Positions 49,614 through 59,735 are shown, counted from the first letter of the stretch. The stretch: DNA of 64,000 nucleotides from Longimicrobiales bacterium (GCA_963664435.2 CAXXKM010000002.1:864001-928000), one strand, 5' to 3'. Numbers and translations: made by a program. The notes: generated by a model from the sequence alone, not told the origin.

Positions 49614-49757
49614 GGGATTCCCGCCAATCGATTCCGGTTTTCCCGCAGTCCGCCGACGGAAGAAGCAGATTCCTCCGAATGGCAAGAGTGGCAGATCGTG
49701 CAGTCCCTATTGAACTTACGTGATCTCCTGCCGTGATTTGAACCTCGGGTGATCCGC
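49614..49757 (+). repeat. Element-end repeat, copy 3 (distal end of element B)
   Basis: GGGATTCCCGCCAA...GGCAGATCGTGCAGTCC...ACTTACGTGATCTCCTGCCGTGAT-N13-GATCCGC. Confidence 0.88.
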
Positions 49758-49759
49758 AT

Positions 49760-49845
49760 ACTCCTTGGGGCCACACTCCGTGCGTCCCCTGCGGAGGCTG
49801 GCGGGGGGCCGTGCCCCCTGTGACCCCCGTGACGGAAACGGCGCG
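49760..49845. promoter_or_regulatory. Putative oriT region
   Basis: Non-coding stretch directly upstream of mobC with a GGGGGC-CGT-GCCCCC hairpin; position as in ColE1-type mob modules. Confidence 0.4.
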
Positions 49846-49847
49846 CC

Positions 49848-50186
49848 ATGAGCGCCGGACGCGCCGTTTGGGTGAAGGTTCGCGCCAGCGAGGCGGAGCG
49901 TGCCGAGTGGCACGCCAAGGCGCGCGCCGCGGGCCTCACGCTGTCGGATCTGGTGCGCCGGTCGGTGGGCCGGACGCACACGTGGACCGTGGCGCACGCC
50001 GAGGTCGAGCGCGAGCGCGTCCAGCAGGTGGCTCGCGTCGGGAACAACCTCAACCAGATCGCTCGGTGGGCGAACACCCACCGGGGGGCCATCGAGGCGG
50101 TCGAGGTGATCGGCCACCTCGTCGCCATCAGGCGGGCGCTCGCGGCACTGTCCCCCGCCGAAGGCCCGGCCTCCGATGCTGATTAA
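49848..50186 (+). CDS. mobC: Relaxosome accessory protein MobC/MbeC
   Basis: RHH N-terminus, RVGNNLNQIARWAN. Confidence 0.92.
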   Translation: MSAGRAVWVKVRASEAERAEWHAKARAAGLTLSDLVRRSVGRTHTWTVAHAEVERERVQQVARVGNNLNQIARWANTHRGAIEAVEVIGHLVAIRRALAALSPAEGPASDAD

Positions 50187-50909
50187 GTTCCTGGCGCACG
50201 GGACCGGATCGGCCGGCAAGGCGGCTGGCTACCTCCTCGGCGAGCGGGACGCGGCCGGGAAGCCGCGCGAGGGCGTCGAGGTCCTTCGGGGCGATCCGAA
50301 CCAGGTGGCCGCCGTAGCCGACACGCTGGCGTTCGAGCACAGGTACACCTCGGGCGTGATCGCATGGGCGCCGGAGGACGAACCGACCGACGCAGAGATC
50401 GAGGCGGTCGTGGACGCCTTCGAGGACACGGCCTGGGCCGGACTGGAGCGCGACCGCTACGCATGGACCGCCGTGCTGCACCGCGAGCGCGGCGGCGGCG
50501 CGCACGTCCACGTCCTCGCCGCGCGGTGCGACCTGGAGACCGGCCGGAGCCTCAACATCGCCCCTTCGGGCTGGGAGAAGACCTTCGGGCCGCTGCGGGA
50601 CGCCTTCAATTCCGAACACGGCTGGGCTCGCCCGGACGATCCGGCGCGGGCCAGGGTGCAGCAACCCGGCCACCGCGCCTACATCGAGGCGACCCGACTG
50701 CGGGCAGGGCTCCGGCTCGAAGCCTCCCCCCGCGACCTCATCCGGGACTACCTGCTCCAGCGCGTCGAGCACGGCACGGCGCGGAACCGGGCCGATGTCG
50801 TCGCCGCCCTTCGGGAGGCGGGCCTCGAAGTGCCGCGCCGGGGCAAGGACTACCTCACCGCGCTGGACCCGGAGACCGGCAAACCGGTGGCGGCTGAAAG
50901 GAGAACTGT

Positions 50910-51410
50910 ATGGAAAGAACTTCGACCGCGAACGATTTGACCGAGCGGCTGCGGAGGAGGCTGGAGAGCGAGAGACGGGAGATCGAGGAATTGACCGCGA
51001 GCGAGCTCGAGCGGCTCGGCGAGAACTCGCGGCGCGCCGCGAGGAACGCGCTGCGTTCCATCGAGCGCGATACGGAGGAGGCGACCGGGCGGATGCGCGA
51101 GCTGCTGGCAAAGGCTTGGCTCCGGCCCCTGATCGTGGGCCTGAGCCTTTGGCTCGGTTTCTTCGGCGGAAGCTGGGCGACGATGCGGTGGTTGTCGAGG
51201 AGCATCCAAGACCGGATCGAGAGGCTGGCGATCGCGAACGTGCGGATCGAGGACGCGCACGAGACGCTGGCCGAGCTGGAAGCGAACAGTTGGGGGATCG
51301 CGCTGCACGAGATCGAGGGAGAGAGGTACGTGGTGCTGCCGCTCGGGACATGGGCCGATCCGGGCTGGGAGGTGCGCGATCGTCCGGCCGTGAAGCTGTC
51401 GAGAGAGTAA
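50910..51410 (+). CDS. mbeB: MbeB-like protein nested in the relaxase gene
   Basis: RBS AAAGGAG; coiled coil plus one TM segment; nested position as in ColE1. Confidence 0.7.
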   Translation: MERTSTANDLTERLRRRLESERREIEELTASELERLGENSRRAARNALRSIERDTEEATGRMRELLAKAWLRPLIVGLSLWLGFFGGSWATMRWLSRSIQDRIERLAIANVRIEDAHETLAELEANSWGIALHEIEGERYVVLPLGTWADPGWEVRDRPAVKLSRE

Positions 51411-51419
51411 AGGAGCTCT

Positions 51420-51701
51420 ATGACCGAATTGGAGAGGCAGTTGACGGAGGCCTTGAAGAGGCTCTCCGCGCAGTACGAGACGGCACAGCGGCGGCACTCC
51501 GGGCAGGTCGAAGCCTTGCGGCGGCACGTCGAAGCCTTGCAAGGGCGCGTCGAGCGGCAAAGCGCGGAAAACGAAGCCTTGAGGCAGCACGTCGAGCGGC
51601 AGAGCGGGGAGAACGAAGCCTTGCAGAGGCGAATCGAGTGGCTGGACGGGCAAGTTACACGCTTAGCCGAGTCGTACGGCACGCTCGCCGCGACCTTGTG
51701 A
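51420..51701 (+). CDS. mbeD: MbeD/MobD-like protein nested in the relaxase gene
   Basis: RBS AAAGGAG; starts MTELERQL..AL..L; internal 42-bp tandem repeat (~51549-51632). Confidence 0.8.
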   Translation: MTELERQLTEALKRLSAQYETAQRRHSGQVEALRRHVEALQGRVERQSAENEALRQHVERQSGENEALQRRIEWLDGQVTRLAESYGTLAATL

Positions 51702-51849
51702 TGATGATAGCGGCGCTGAGCCAGCGCAGGCCGGACCGCGATCGCGATCAGGGTCCGAGCCGTTGATAAACGGGAAATCTGGCGCGGACGGCCTCCCGCA
51801 GCGAGCTTTCAGGCGCGCAGATCGTGCGGTCCATCACACGAGGAATCGA

Positions 51850-53007
51850 ATGATGGCACGCACGAAGCGGGACCGGCGCAGCTACAGCGCCGGCGAGTGG
51901 GGCCGGAACCGGGTGAGGGTGTTCGCCGATCCCAAGACCGGCCTCTACCAGATAGAGTGGCGAGAGAACGGACGCAGGCTCACGAGATCGCTGAAGCACC
52001 GCGACTGGTCGCGGGCGAAGCGGCAGGCCGACGAAGCCGCTGCGGGCCTCGCGATGCACGAGCCCAACGGCAAGGCCGAGCCCGAGCCGCTCACGTTGGA
52101 AATGCTTTTTGACATCTACGGCGAAGAAGTGACGCCCACCAAGGCCAAGCGGACGCAGGAGCGCGACAGGGTCGCGATGCGGATGTTCCTCGGATTCCTG
52201 GGACCGAACCGAAGGCCGGAAACACTCTCTCAGCGGGATTGGGATCGATTCATCCGGGAGCGCAGGGCGGGCAGGGTGGGTCCGAGCGGGAAGCCCGTGT
52301 CGAACCGAATGATCGAATGCGACCTGAGGTTTCTGGTCGCCATCCTGAATTGGGCCGCGAGGTCCAGGGACGAGCAGGGCCGCTTGCTCTTGGAATCGAA
52401 TCCGCTGAGGGGCTTGAAAACGCCCGTCGAGAAGAACCCGCTCCGTGTCGTGCTTTCCGGCGAGGAGTACCGGGCGCTTCTGAAGGTGTCCCGCCGGGTC
52501 GACTGGCGGTTCCACGTCGCGCTCGTGCTCGCGCACGAAACGGGGCACCGGATCGGCGCGATCCGCAAGCTTCGGTGGTTCGATATCGACTTCGAGGACA
52601 AGACCATCCGGTGGCGCGCGGAGCACGAGAAGACCGGATACGAGCACACCACGCCGCTGACCGACGAGGCGATCGCCACACTTGAGGGGGCGCGAGCGAG
52701 AAACCCCGCGAGAGGCAACTCTCCGGTGCTGCCCTCCACGCAGGATCCCTTGATCTGCGTGAGGCCCTGGATGCTCGGCCAAAGGTGGCGGACAGCCGAG
52801 AGGCTCGCCGGTCTCGAACCGAAGCGTGGTCGCGGCTGGCACTCGCTTAGGCGGAAGTTCGCTTCCGATCTGATGGACCTTCCCCTCAAGGTCTTGTGTC
52901 AGCTGGGCGGCTGGAAGAACGCGAAGACGGTCCTCCGCTGCTACCAGCAGGCCGACGAGGGACAACTCAGGGAGGCTTTGGAAGGCCGCCGCGGGGTTCA
53001 GGCCTGA
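51850..53007 (+). CDS. int: Tyrosine recombinase/integrase with N-terminal arm-binding domain
   Basis: TGHRIG (R), EKT (K), HSLRR, LGGW, RCY (Y); RBS GAGGA. Confidence 0.95.
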   Translation: MMARTKRDRRSYSAGEWGRNRVRVFADPKTGLYQIEWRENGRRLTRSLKHRDWSRAKRQADEAAAGLAMHEPNGKAEPEPLTLEMLFDIYGEEVTPTKAKRTQERDRVAMRMFLGFLGPNRRPETLSQRDWDRFIRERRAGRVGPSGKPVSNRMIECDLRFLVAILNWAARSRDEQGRLLLESNPLRGLKTPVEKNPLRVVLSGEEYRALLKVSRRVDWRFHVALVLAHETGHRIGAIRKLRWFDIDFEDKTIRWRAEHEKTGYEHTTPLTDEAIATLEGARARNPARGNSPVLPSTQDPLICVRPWMLGQRWRTAERLAGLEPKRGRGWHSLRRKFASDLMDLPLKVLCQLGGWKNAKTVLRCYQQADEGQLREALEGRRGVQA

Positions 53008-53115
53008 GAATCCCATTTGGCGGGACTCAAACAGCAGGAATCCAACCTGCTTCACTTATAACACCAACGTTTACAACAAGATACGAATCTGACGGCATCC
53101 GTTGACCCAGCGACC
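53008..53115. other. attR: arm-type repeats and core
   Basis: TTTGGCGGGACTC (53016-53028) and GCAGGAATCC resemble left-end TTTGCGGGAGTCC and TTGGCCGGATTC; core ATCCG-TTGACCCAG-CGACC. Confidence 0.75.
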
Positions 53116-53176
53116 GCGGTTGCGGCGCGGGAGTCTCCCCTACCGTTGGACTGCCTGCCTTTTCGGAATCATCCAT
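53111..53176 (-). pseudogene. Displaced native 5' end of the CPBP gene (MDDSEKAGSPTVGETPAPQPRS)
   Basis: RBS GGGAGAGG and ATG at 53176; in frame with LGHRILQFG across the reconstructed attB. Confidence 0.82.
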
Positions 53177-53211
53177 CTGCCTCTCCCGCTTCGAATTGTG
53201 TTGTCAGCTTT

Positions 53212-53544
53212 TCAGTGGATCAGCAGACGAGAAAGCACGTTCTTCACGCGCTGCCCATCTCGCGGATGTATCGCGCCGATCCTTCGGATGATCAGCGCAT
53301 GGTCGAGAGTGAAGAGCTTGAAGCGGACCTTGCATGGGACGACCAGCCCCGCATGGTGCCATTCCTCGATCACCACGTCGCTCGGCCACGTGAGCCGGGA
53401 TGTGGTGATCATCGCCAGGACGGACTGTTGATGGAGCTCGTTGAAGTTGGCCGATGAAATGACGAGAGCTGGTCGGCGCTTGACGGTTGGCTGGTCCGTG
53501 AAGGGAAAGGGAACAACGACTACGTCGAGAGCTTCACAGGTCAC
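53212..53544 (-). CDS. mazF: PemK/MazF family toxin
   Basis: DVVVVPFPFTD...KRRPALVIS, AMITT. Confidence 0.92.
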   Translation of the reverse strand: MTCEALDVVVVPFPFTDQPTVKRRPALVISSANFNELHQQSVLAMITTSRLTWPSDVVIEEWHHAGLVVPCKVRFKLFTLDHALIIRRIGAIHPRDGQRVKNVLSRLLIH

Positions 53545-53758
53545 GCCAGGCCTCCTCGTCCTCCGGCGATACCCATTCGCTCATCACTTCGGCAAGGCCC
53601 TCCAGATAATCATCCTGCCCCGGCTCCACCTTGCGCAGCCGCAGATAATCACCCGCGATTTCGAAGGCGACTACATCACCGGCGCGCAGGTTGGCAGCTT
53701 CACGGATTCGCTTGGGAATCGTCGTCTGGCCGCGCGATGTGATCTTGGACATTTCCAT
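53534..53758 (-). CDS. mazE: AbrB/MazE family antitoxin
   Basis: SKITSRGQTTIPKRIRE..L..GD; palindrome ATCAGAAATTCTGAT at 53786-53800. Confidence 0.92.
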   Translation of the reverse strand: MEMSKITSRGQTTIPKRIREAANLRAGDVVAFEIAGDYLRLRKVEPGQDDYLEGLAEVMSEWVSPEDEEAWRDL

Positions 53759-53902
53759 CTTTGGGTCCTCGCAGAAGTTCTTACGATCAGAAATTCTGAT
53801 TTTTCAGAATAACGAAAAGCTGAACTGAACGCTATCGCGCTTCAGATGCGCGACGCGTTCAGCCCAGCTTCTCTACTTTCCGGGATCCGGGCTGGCGATT
53901 CC

Positions 53903-55954
53903 CTACGGCAGACTCACCGCCATCAGCATGTTCGGCGCCTGGATCACCACCCGCTGCTTGCCTTCGTGCATGTAGGTCATCATGCCGTAGCGCGGGTTGC
54001 CGGGGAGCTCGACCTCGCCCAGCCGCTCGCCCGTCGCCTTGTCCACGGCGTACAGCTTCGGCGTGCCGTCGCTCGCGTTGCCCGTGTACATGAGCATGTC
54101 CGGGGTCACGATCTGCGCGGCCTGCCGCCCGGTCCCCGTGTTGGGGAGGTCGATGCCTTCGAGCGCGGGATGGTTGAGCACGTTGTTGGGCGTGTCGCCC
54201 ACCGGGATCCACCACAGGTGCTCGCCGGTGTTCATGTCGATCGCGGTGATCTTGCTGTACGGGGGCTTGTACATCGGCAGCCCCTGTACGCGCCCGATGC
54301 GCGCGCCGCCGGCCACCGCATAGTCGTTGATGGTTGTGCCGGTCGGCAGCTCGGTCCGCTCGTCGACCTCCTTCCCGGGCACCAGCAGCCGCGCCGAGCA
54401 GCCCTTCTGCGATGTCACGAAAATGACGCCGCTCTCGGGATCCACCGCGGGTGTGCCGTCGATGTTGGTGCCGCCCACGTCGCCGGGGCACCAGATCGCG
54501 CCCAGCTTGCCCTCGTCGTTGTCGCGGTGCAGCGGCGGCTGGAAGAACGGACCCCAGTCGTAGGGCTCTAGGAGGTCCAGGGCGGCCTGGCGCAGCTCCG
54601 GCGTGAAGTCGATCAGGTCGTCCACGCTCAGGCCCTGCATGTCGTAGGGCGCGGGCTTGGTGGGATGCGGCTGCGTCTCCGCCAGCTTCTCGCCCGGCAC
54701 CTTCGACTTCGGCACCGGCTTCTCCTCGATGGGCCAGAGCGGCTCGCCGGTCGCGCGGTTGAAGGCGTAGGCGAAGGACTGCTTGGTGATCTGCACCACC
54801 GCGGGGATGTCCTCCCCGTCCACTGTCACGTCCACGAGGATGGGCGCGGTGGAGGTGTCGTAGTTCCAGATGTCGTGATGGACCAGCTGGTAGTGCCACG
54901 CCCGCTCCCCGGTCTGCACGTCCAGCGCGATCAGGCTGGTGCTGAACAGGTTGTCGCCGGGCCGGAAGCCGCCGTAGAAGTCCTGGGTGGCGCCGTTGGT
55001 GGGAATGTAGACGAGCCCCAGCTCCGGATCCGCCGAGAGCGGCGCCCACGACGAGATGTCGCCGGTCCACTCCCAGGCGTCGTTCTCCCATGTCTCGTGC
55101 CCGAACTCGCCGGGGCCGGGCAGCACGTCGAACTTCCACAGGAACTCGCCGGTGCGCGCGTCATAGGCGAGGATGTCGCCCGGGATGTTCTCCTGGCGCG
55201 ACTGGTTGTAGCCCTGCTCGGCGGAGTTGCCGACGATGATCACGCCGTTCACCACGATCGCCGGGGACGAGCTGGTGATGTAGCCCTTCTCGAGCGGGAC
55301 GCCCATGTAGTCGTCGTGCTCGTGGCCCAGGTCGTCGAGCAGGTCCACGGTCCCGGTCTTCGGGAAGCCTTCGATGTCCACCGAGCCTCCGAAGCCCTCG
55401 ATGGGCTCGCCGGTCTCGGCGTCGAGCGCGTGCAGGAAGAACGCGGGCGTGACCACGTAGACGATGTCGCGGCCGTCGACGTTGGCGTAGGCGACGCCCT
55501 TGCCGTGGTTCTTCCGCATCGAGTACTCCCAGCGGAAGGTCTCGGGCTCGACCCAGTCCCAGAGCACCTCGCCGGTGGCGGGGTCGGTGGCGATCACGTG
55601 GCGCTTCTCTCCGGCGACGCTGATCAGCTTGCCGTTGACGTAGATCGGCGTCGCGCGCGCGTTAACAACCGGATACGCGGAGCCGTCCCAGATCCAGTCC
55701 ACCTCGAGCTGGTCGAAGTTGCCGGGGTTGATCTGCGTGAGTTCGGTGTAGCGCTGGCTCCCGGCGTCGCCGCCGATGTAGGCCCAGTCGCCCTCGGTGA
55801 CGACGCTCCCGGCCGGTCCCGCATCCGAGGTCTGAGCGCACGCGCCCACACCGAGCGAAACCAGGGCCAGCAAGCACCAGGAAACCTGGCGGGGGATTCC
55901 CCGTTGCTCGTTTCGCGTAGCCGATGTCCATGATCGACGGTCCTGTCCAGTCAT
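53903..55954 (-). CDS. PQQ-dependent (glucose dehydrogenase-like) beta-propeller lipoprotein
   Basis: Lipobox-like GVGAC, W..IGGD....RY..L.QI, HHDIWNYD, TQPHPTKP, KPPYSKITAID. Confidence 0.9.
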   Translation of the reverse strand: MTGQDRRSWTSATRNEQRGIPRQVSWCLLALVSLGVGACAQTSDAGPAGSVVTEGDWAYIGGDAGSQRYTELTQINPGNFDQLEVDWIWDGSAYPVVNARATPIYVNGKLISVAGEKRHVIATDPATGEVLWDWVEPETFRWEYSMRKNHGKGVAYANVDGRDIVYVVTPAFFLHALDAETGEPIEGFGGSVDIEGFPKTGTVDLLDDLGHEHDDYMGVPLEKGYITSSSPAIVVNGVIIVGNSAEQGYNQSRQENIPGDILAYDARTGEFLWKFDVLPGPGEFGHETWENDAWEWTGDISSWAPLSADPELGLVYIPTNGATQDFYGGFRPGDNLFSTSLIALDVQTGERAWHYQLVHHDIWNYDTSTAPILVDVTVDGEDIPAVVQITKQSFAYAFNRATGEPLWPIEEKPVPKSKVPGEKLAETQPHPTKPAPYDMQGLSVDDLIDFTPELRQAALDLLEPYDWGPFFQPPLHRDNDEGKLGAIWCPGDVGGTNIDGTPAVDPESGVIFVTSQKGCSARLLVPGKEVDERTELPTGTTINDYAVAGGARIGRVQGLPMYKPPYSKITAIDMNTGEHLWWIPVGDTPNNVLNHPALEGIDLPNTGTGRQAAQIVTPDMLMYTGNASDGTPKLYAVDKATGERLGEVELPGNPRYGMMTYMHEGKQRVVIQAPNMLMAVSLP

Positions 55955-56263
55955 CTTCCGCGTCCCCCTTCCAGCAGATGTGTATCGCCTCGCACAACAA
56001 AGCGAGCATCGCAAGATGAAGATGTGCGCGGACGTGGGCAAGGCGAGCGCGCGCCGTGCCGGGCACCGATGTGGGCCGACTCCAGCTACCGGATAACGGC
56101 CTGGAGTGGTGGCCCCCCGGTTCTGGCGGCCAACGCAACCGGCGCCTACCCTTCCGGTTAGTATGAGGGGTCGCCTATCATTCCGCGCCGGGCAGCGCTG
56201 CGAATTGACGCCGTTGCCCGTTTCGCTTCCACGCAACGACATACGGAGAACTGACGAGTGGCC

Positions 56264-57556
56264 ATGGAACTGAGCGGGTTCGCACGGTCGCTGACGGCGG
56301 AAGCCGCCTTTACCGTGCTGGCGGTCGCCAAGCGGCTTCAGTCCGAGGGGAAGGACGTCGTCGAGCTCGAGATCGGCGACAGCCCCTTTTCGACCACGAG
56401 CGCGGCGGCCCAGGCGGGCAGGGAAGCCATCGCCGCGGGGCAGACGCGCTACTGCTCCTCCCTGGGGCTGCCGGAGCTTCGCGACGCGGCCGCGCGCTAC
56501 ATGCAGCGCGAGTTCGGCGTGCCCGCGAGCCGCGACAACGTCGTCATCGCCACCGGCACCAAGGTCTTCGAGCAGTATTTCTGCGAGGCCTTCGTGGATC
56601 CCGGGGACGGGGTTCTGGTCTTCAGCCCCTACTTCCCGACCTACGTGCCCAACATCCTCAGGCGCGGGGGGCGTCCGGTGTTCACGCCGCTTCGCCAGGA
56701 GGACGCCTTCCGTCCGAGTCTGGCCGCGGTCGAGCGGTTCCTCGCCGAGGATGCCCGGCCCAGGGCCATCTTCCTGAACTCGCCCCACAATCCCACCGGG
56801 GGCGTGGCCACGAAAGAGGATTTTCGCGGCATCGTGGAGCTGGTGCGGGGCACGCGCGTCGCCGTCTTCAGCGACGAGCCCTACTGCCACATGGTGTGGA
56901 AGGGGAAGCACGTGTCGCCGCTGGCGCAGCCGGGGATGATGGAGCGCTCGGTGGCCGCCTACACCTTCAGCAAGTCGTACAGCATGGGCGGCTGGAGGCT
57001 GGGGTTCGCGGTGTCGGCGCCCGAGACCGTCGAGGCCATCGGCAAGATGATCAACACGAGCGTCTCGTGCGCGCCGCCCTTCATTCAGTTGGCCGGGGTG
57101 GCCGCGCTCGAGCGGGACGGCGGGGAGCGCGATGCGGCCATGCGCCGCTTCCGCCGCAAGGTGGAGCTGCTCACCGAGGGGCTCAACCGGATCGAGGGGT
57201 TCTCGTCGCTGGACCCGCACGCGACGTTCTACGTTTTCCCGAAGGTGGCCCCGGTGTGCAACCGGCTCGGCATCACCAGCCACGGCCTGGCGATGTACCT
57301 GCTCGAGGGGGCCGACGACGACTTCGGGGTCGCCTGTCTGGGCGGCGAGTGCTTCGGCGACGCCGGCGCCGGGTTCCTGCGTTTCAGCTGCGCGGCTTCC
57401 GACGAGCGCCTGCAGGAGGCGCTGGACTTCATCGCCGAAGCGGTGACCCGGGAGAGCCGGGTGGCCGCCTTCCTCGACGCGCGGCCGGAGTACCGGCTGG
57501 AGTCGCCCTATCCGGGCGCGGGGGTGGACCGCGAGCCGGTGGCGGCGGCGGTCTAG
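56264..57556 (+). CDS. PLP-dependent aminotransferase class I/II
   Basis: [25 protein letters not shown]. Confidence 0.95.
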   Translation: MELSGFARSLTAEAAFTVLAVAKRLQSEGKDVVELEIGDSPFSTTSAAAQAGREAIAAGQTRYCSSLGLPELRDAAARYMQREFGVPASRDNVVIATGTKVFEQYFCEAFVDPGDGVLVFSPYFPTYVPNILRRGGRPVFTPLRQEDAFRPSLAAVERFLAEDARPRAIFLNSPHNPTGGVATKEDFRGIVELVRGTRVAVFSDEPYCHMVWKGKHVSPLAQPGMMERSVAAYTFSKSYSMGGWRLGFAVSAPETVEAIGKMINTSVSCAPPFIQLAGVAALERDGGERDAAMRRFRRKVELLTEGLNRIEGFSSLDPHATFYVFPKVAPVCNRLGITSHGLAMYLLEGADDDFGVACLGGECFGDAGAGFLRFSCAASDERLQEALDFIAEAVTRESRVAAFLDARPEYRLESPYPGAGVDREPVAAAV

Positions 57557-57569
57557 CCGGGCGACGAGG

Positions 57570-59735
57570 ATGGCGGGTCGGGGCGGCGTGATGGTGGATG
57601 GGAACGGAGGAGCCACGGCGACGGCGGTCCGGTTCCGGGTGCGGGACATGGACTGCTCGCACTGCGTGACCCGCATCGAGGACGGGCTGCGCAAGGTCGA
57701 CGGGGTGATGGGGGTGGGGGCCAACCTGGTGGGCCGCACCGTGACCGTCGAGATCGACGCCGGCCAGCTCGAGACCGACGAGGTCCGGCGGGCGATCGGG
57801 CGCCTCGGGCACCTGGCCGAGCCGGACACCGGAGCCCGGCGGGAGCGCGCCACCGCGACCTGGGCGACCCCCGACGCACGGATCACGTACGCGTCGGCGG
57901 CGCTGTTCGCGGTCGGGCTCGCGCTCCAGCTGGCCGGGGTGGGGCCGCTGCTGTTCACGCTGCCGCTGAACGAGGTGCGGGTTCCGTCGCTCCTGTTCGT
58001 CGCCTCGGCCCTGGTTGGCGGTTGGAGGTTCATGCCCGACGGGCTGCGCGCGGCGCGCGAGCTCTCGCTGGACATGAACTTCCTGATGACGGTGGCGATC
58101 CTGGGGGCGGTTGCGATCGGGGAGTACCTGGAGGCGGCCGCCATCGCCTTCCTGTTCTCGACCGCCGAGCTGCTGGAGAGCTACGCGGTCGACCGCGCGC
58201 GGGCGTCGATGGAGTCGCTGATGGACCTCGCCCCCAAGACGGCCGTGGTGCTGCGCGACGGGGTCGAGGAGACGGTGCGGGCCTCCGAGGTCGCGGTCGG
58301 CGACGTGGTGGTGGTGCGCCCCGGCGAACGGATCCCGGTCGACGGCAGCGTGGTGGAGGGGGGCTCGGCGGTGGACGAGTCGCCCCTCACCGGGGAGTCG
58401 CTTCCGGTGGAGAAGGACCTGGGCGACCCGGTCTTCGCCGGCACGATCACCCGCGACGGCTTCATGCACGTGCGCACGGAGAAGCCCGCCGACTCGAGCT
58501 CGCTCGCGCGCATCGTGGAGCTGGTGGAGCGGGCGGGGGCCGAGAAGGCGAAGACGGAGCGGGTGGTGACCCGCTTCGCGCGCTGGTACACGCCGGCGAT
58601 CACCGTCGCGGCCGTGCTGGTGGTGGCGGTGCCGACGCTCGCGGGCGCGGACTTCATCACCTGGCTGGTGCGGGGGCTCACCCTGCTGGTGATCGCGTGT
58701 CCGTGCGCGCTGGTGATCTCCACGCCGGTCGCGGTGGTGAGCGGCATCACGGCCGCCGCGCGCCGGGGGGTGCTCATCAAGGGCGGGGTCTACCTGGAGG
58801 CCATGAGCGGCGTGCGCGCGATGGCGATGGACAAGACCGGCACGCTCACGGTCGGGCACCTGGAGGTGCGCGACGTGCGCTCGACCCGCGGGGCCCCACC
58901 CACCACGGTGCTGGCGCGCGCGTCGGCCGTGGAGGCCCGATCGGAGCACCCGATTGCGCGCGCGATCCACGAGGAGGCGGTCAGGCGCGAGATCTACTCC
59001 CACTACGCCGTTCGCGACTTCTCCTCCCGCCGGGGCGAGGGGGTCACGGCCCGCCTGGACGGCGTGCGCCACTTCGTCGGCAAGCCGGCGACCCTCGGGC
59101 TCGGCGAACCACCCGCGGGCATGGCCGGCGACGGCCGCACGGTGGTGGCCGTGGCGGACGATGACGGGCCGTTGGGGTGGATCTCGCTGGAGGACCGGGC
59201 CCGCAAGCAGGCGCGGGTGGCGGTGGGGCGGCTGCACGCCATGGGCATCCGTCCCGTCGTGATGCTGACCGGCGACAACGCCGCCACCGGCCGCCGGATC
59301 GCAGGGGAGACCGGGGTGGACGAAGTGAAGGCGCGGCTGCTCCCGCACGAGAAGGTGGACGCGCTCAGGGAGCTGGAGCGGGAGCACGGCCGGGTGGCGA
59401 TGGTGGGCGACGGCGTGAACGACGCTCCCTCGCTCGCGGCCGCCTCGGTCGGCATCGCCATGGGGGCGGCCGGAAGCGACGCCGCCATCGACAGCGCGGA
59501 CGTTGCGCTCATGGGCGACGACCTCACCCGGCTGCCCTATCTGTTCCGGCTGTCGCGCAAGTCGCGGGCGGTCATCCGCCAGAACATCGCCACCGCCCTG
59601 CTGGTGAAGCTCGTCCTGGTGGTGGGCGTGCCGCTCGGGATGGTCTCGCTGATCGCCGCCGTTCTGGTGGGTGACGTGGGCGTCTCGCTGCTGGTGACCG
59701 CCAACGCGCTCCGCCTTGCGCGCGTGGATGTCTGA
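57570..59735 (+). CDS. Heavy-metal translocating P1B-type ATPase
   Basis: MDCSHC HMA domain, [24 protein letters not shown]. Confidence 0.95.
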   Translation: MAGRGGVMVDGNGGATATAVRFRVRDMDCSHCVTRIEDGLRKVDGVMGVGANLVGRTVTVEIDAGQLETDEVRRAIGRLGHLAEPDTGARRERATATWATPDARITYASAALFAVGLALQLAGVGPLLFTLPLNEVRVPSLLFVASALVGGWRFMPDGLRAARELSLDMNFLMTVAILGAVAIGEYLEAAAIAFLFSTAELLESYAVDRARASMESLMDLAPKTAVVLRDGVEETVRASEVAVGDVVVVRPGERIPVDGSVVEGGSAVDESPLTGESLPVEKDLGDPVFAGTITRDGFMHVRTEKPADSSSLARIVELVERAGAEKAKTERVVTRFARWYTPAITVAAVLVVAVPTLAGADFITWLVRGLTLLVIACPCALVISTPVAVVSGITAAARRGVLIKGGVYLEAMSGVRAMAMDKTGTLTVGHLEVRDVRSTRGAPPTTVLARASAVEARSEHPIARAIHEEAVRREIYSHYAVRDFSSRRGEGVTARLDGVRHFVGKPATLGLGEPPAGMAGDGRTVVAVADDDGPLGWISLEDRARKQARVAVGRLHAMGIRPVVMLTGDNAATGRRIAGETGVDEVKARLLPHEKVDALRELEREHGRVAMVGDGVNDAPSLAAASVGIAMGAAGSDAAIDSADVALMGDDLTRLPYLFRLSRKSRAVIRQNIATALLVKLVLVVGVPLGMVSLIAAVLVGDVGVSLLVTANALRLARVDV

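Larger units (their letters stand above)
34879..49757 (-). mobile_element. Nested element B (truncated int, T4CP, wHTH protein, type I RM and other defence cargo), inverted relative to A
   Basis: Same layout as A (int at one end, end-repeat at the other) in opposite orientation; int-proximal att apparently deleted. Confidence 0.65.
50176..51766 (+). pseudogene. mobA: MbeA-like (MOB-P) relaxase with a +1 frameshift at ~50881-50883
   Basis: MLIKF...YLLG, YTSGV, VLH...HVH; DPETG continues as RWRLKGELY in another frame; removing one A gives 529 aa. Confidence 0.85.
30074..53112. mobile_element. Integrative (mobilizable) element A, ~23 kb, inserted in the CPBP gene; contains nested element B
   Basis: Direct repeat TGACCCAGCG at 30074-30083 and 53103-53112; integrase next to the right end, end-repeat at the left end; the empty site restores an in-frame gene. 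Confidence 0.88.

Noticed and set aside
7095..49757. End repeats as CRISPR repeats, integron attC sites or dif/pdif sites
   Set aside because: Dispersed rather than arrayed, no cas genes, no attC RYYYAAC/GTTRRRY box structure, and poor match to XerC/XerD arms
55955..58144. N-terminal half of the 1413-aa ORF
   Set aside because: Antisense shadow of the aminotransferase and ATPase; the PQQ protein starts near 55954
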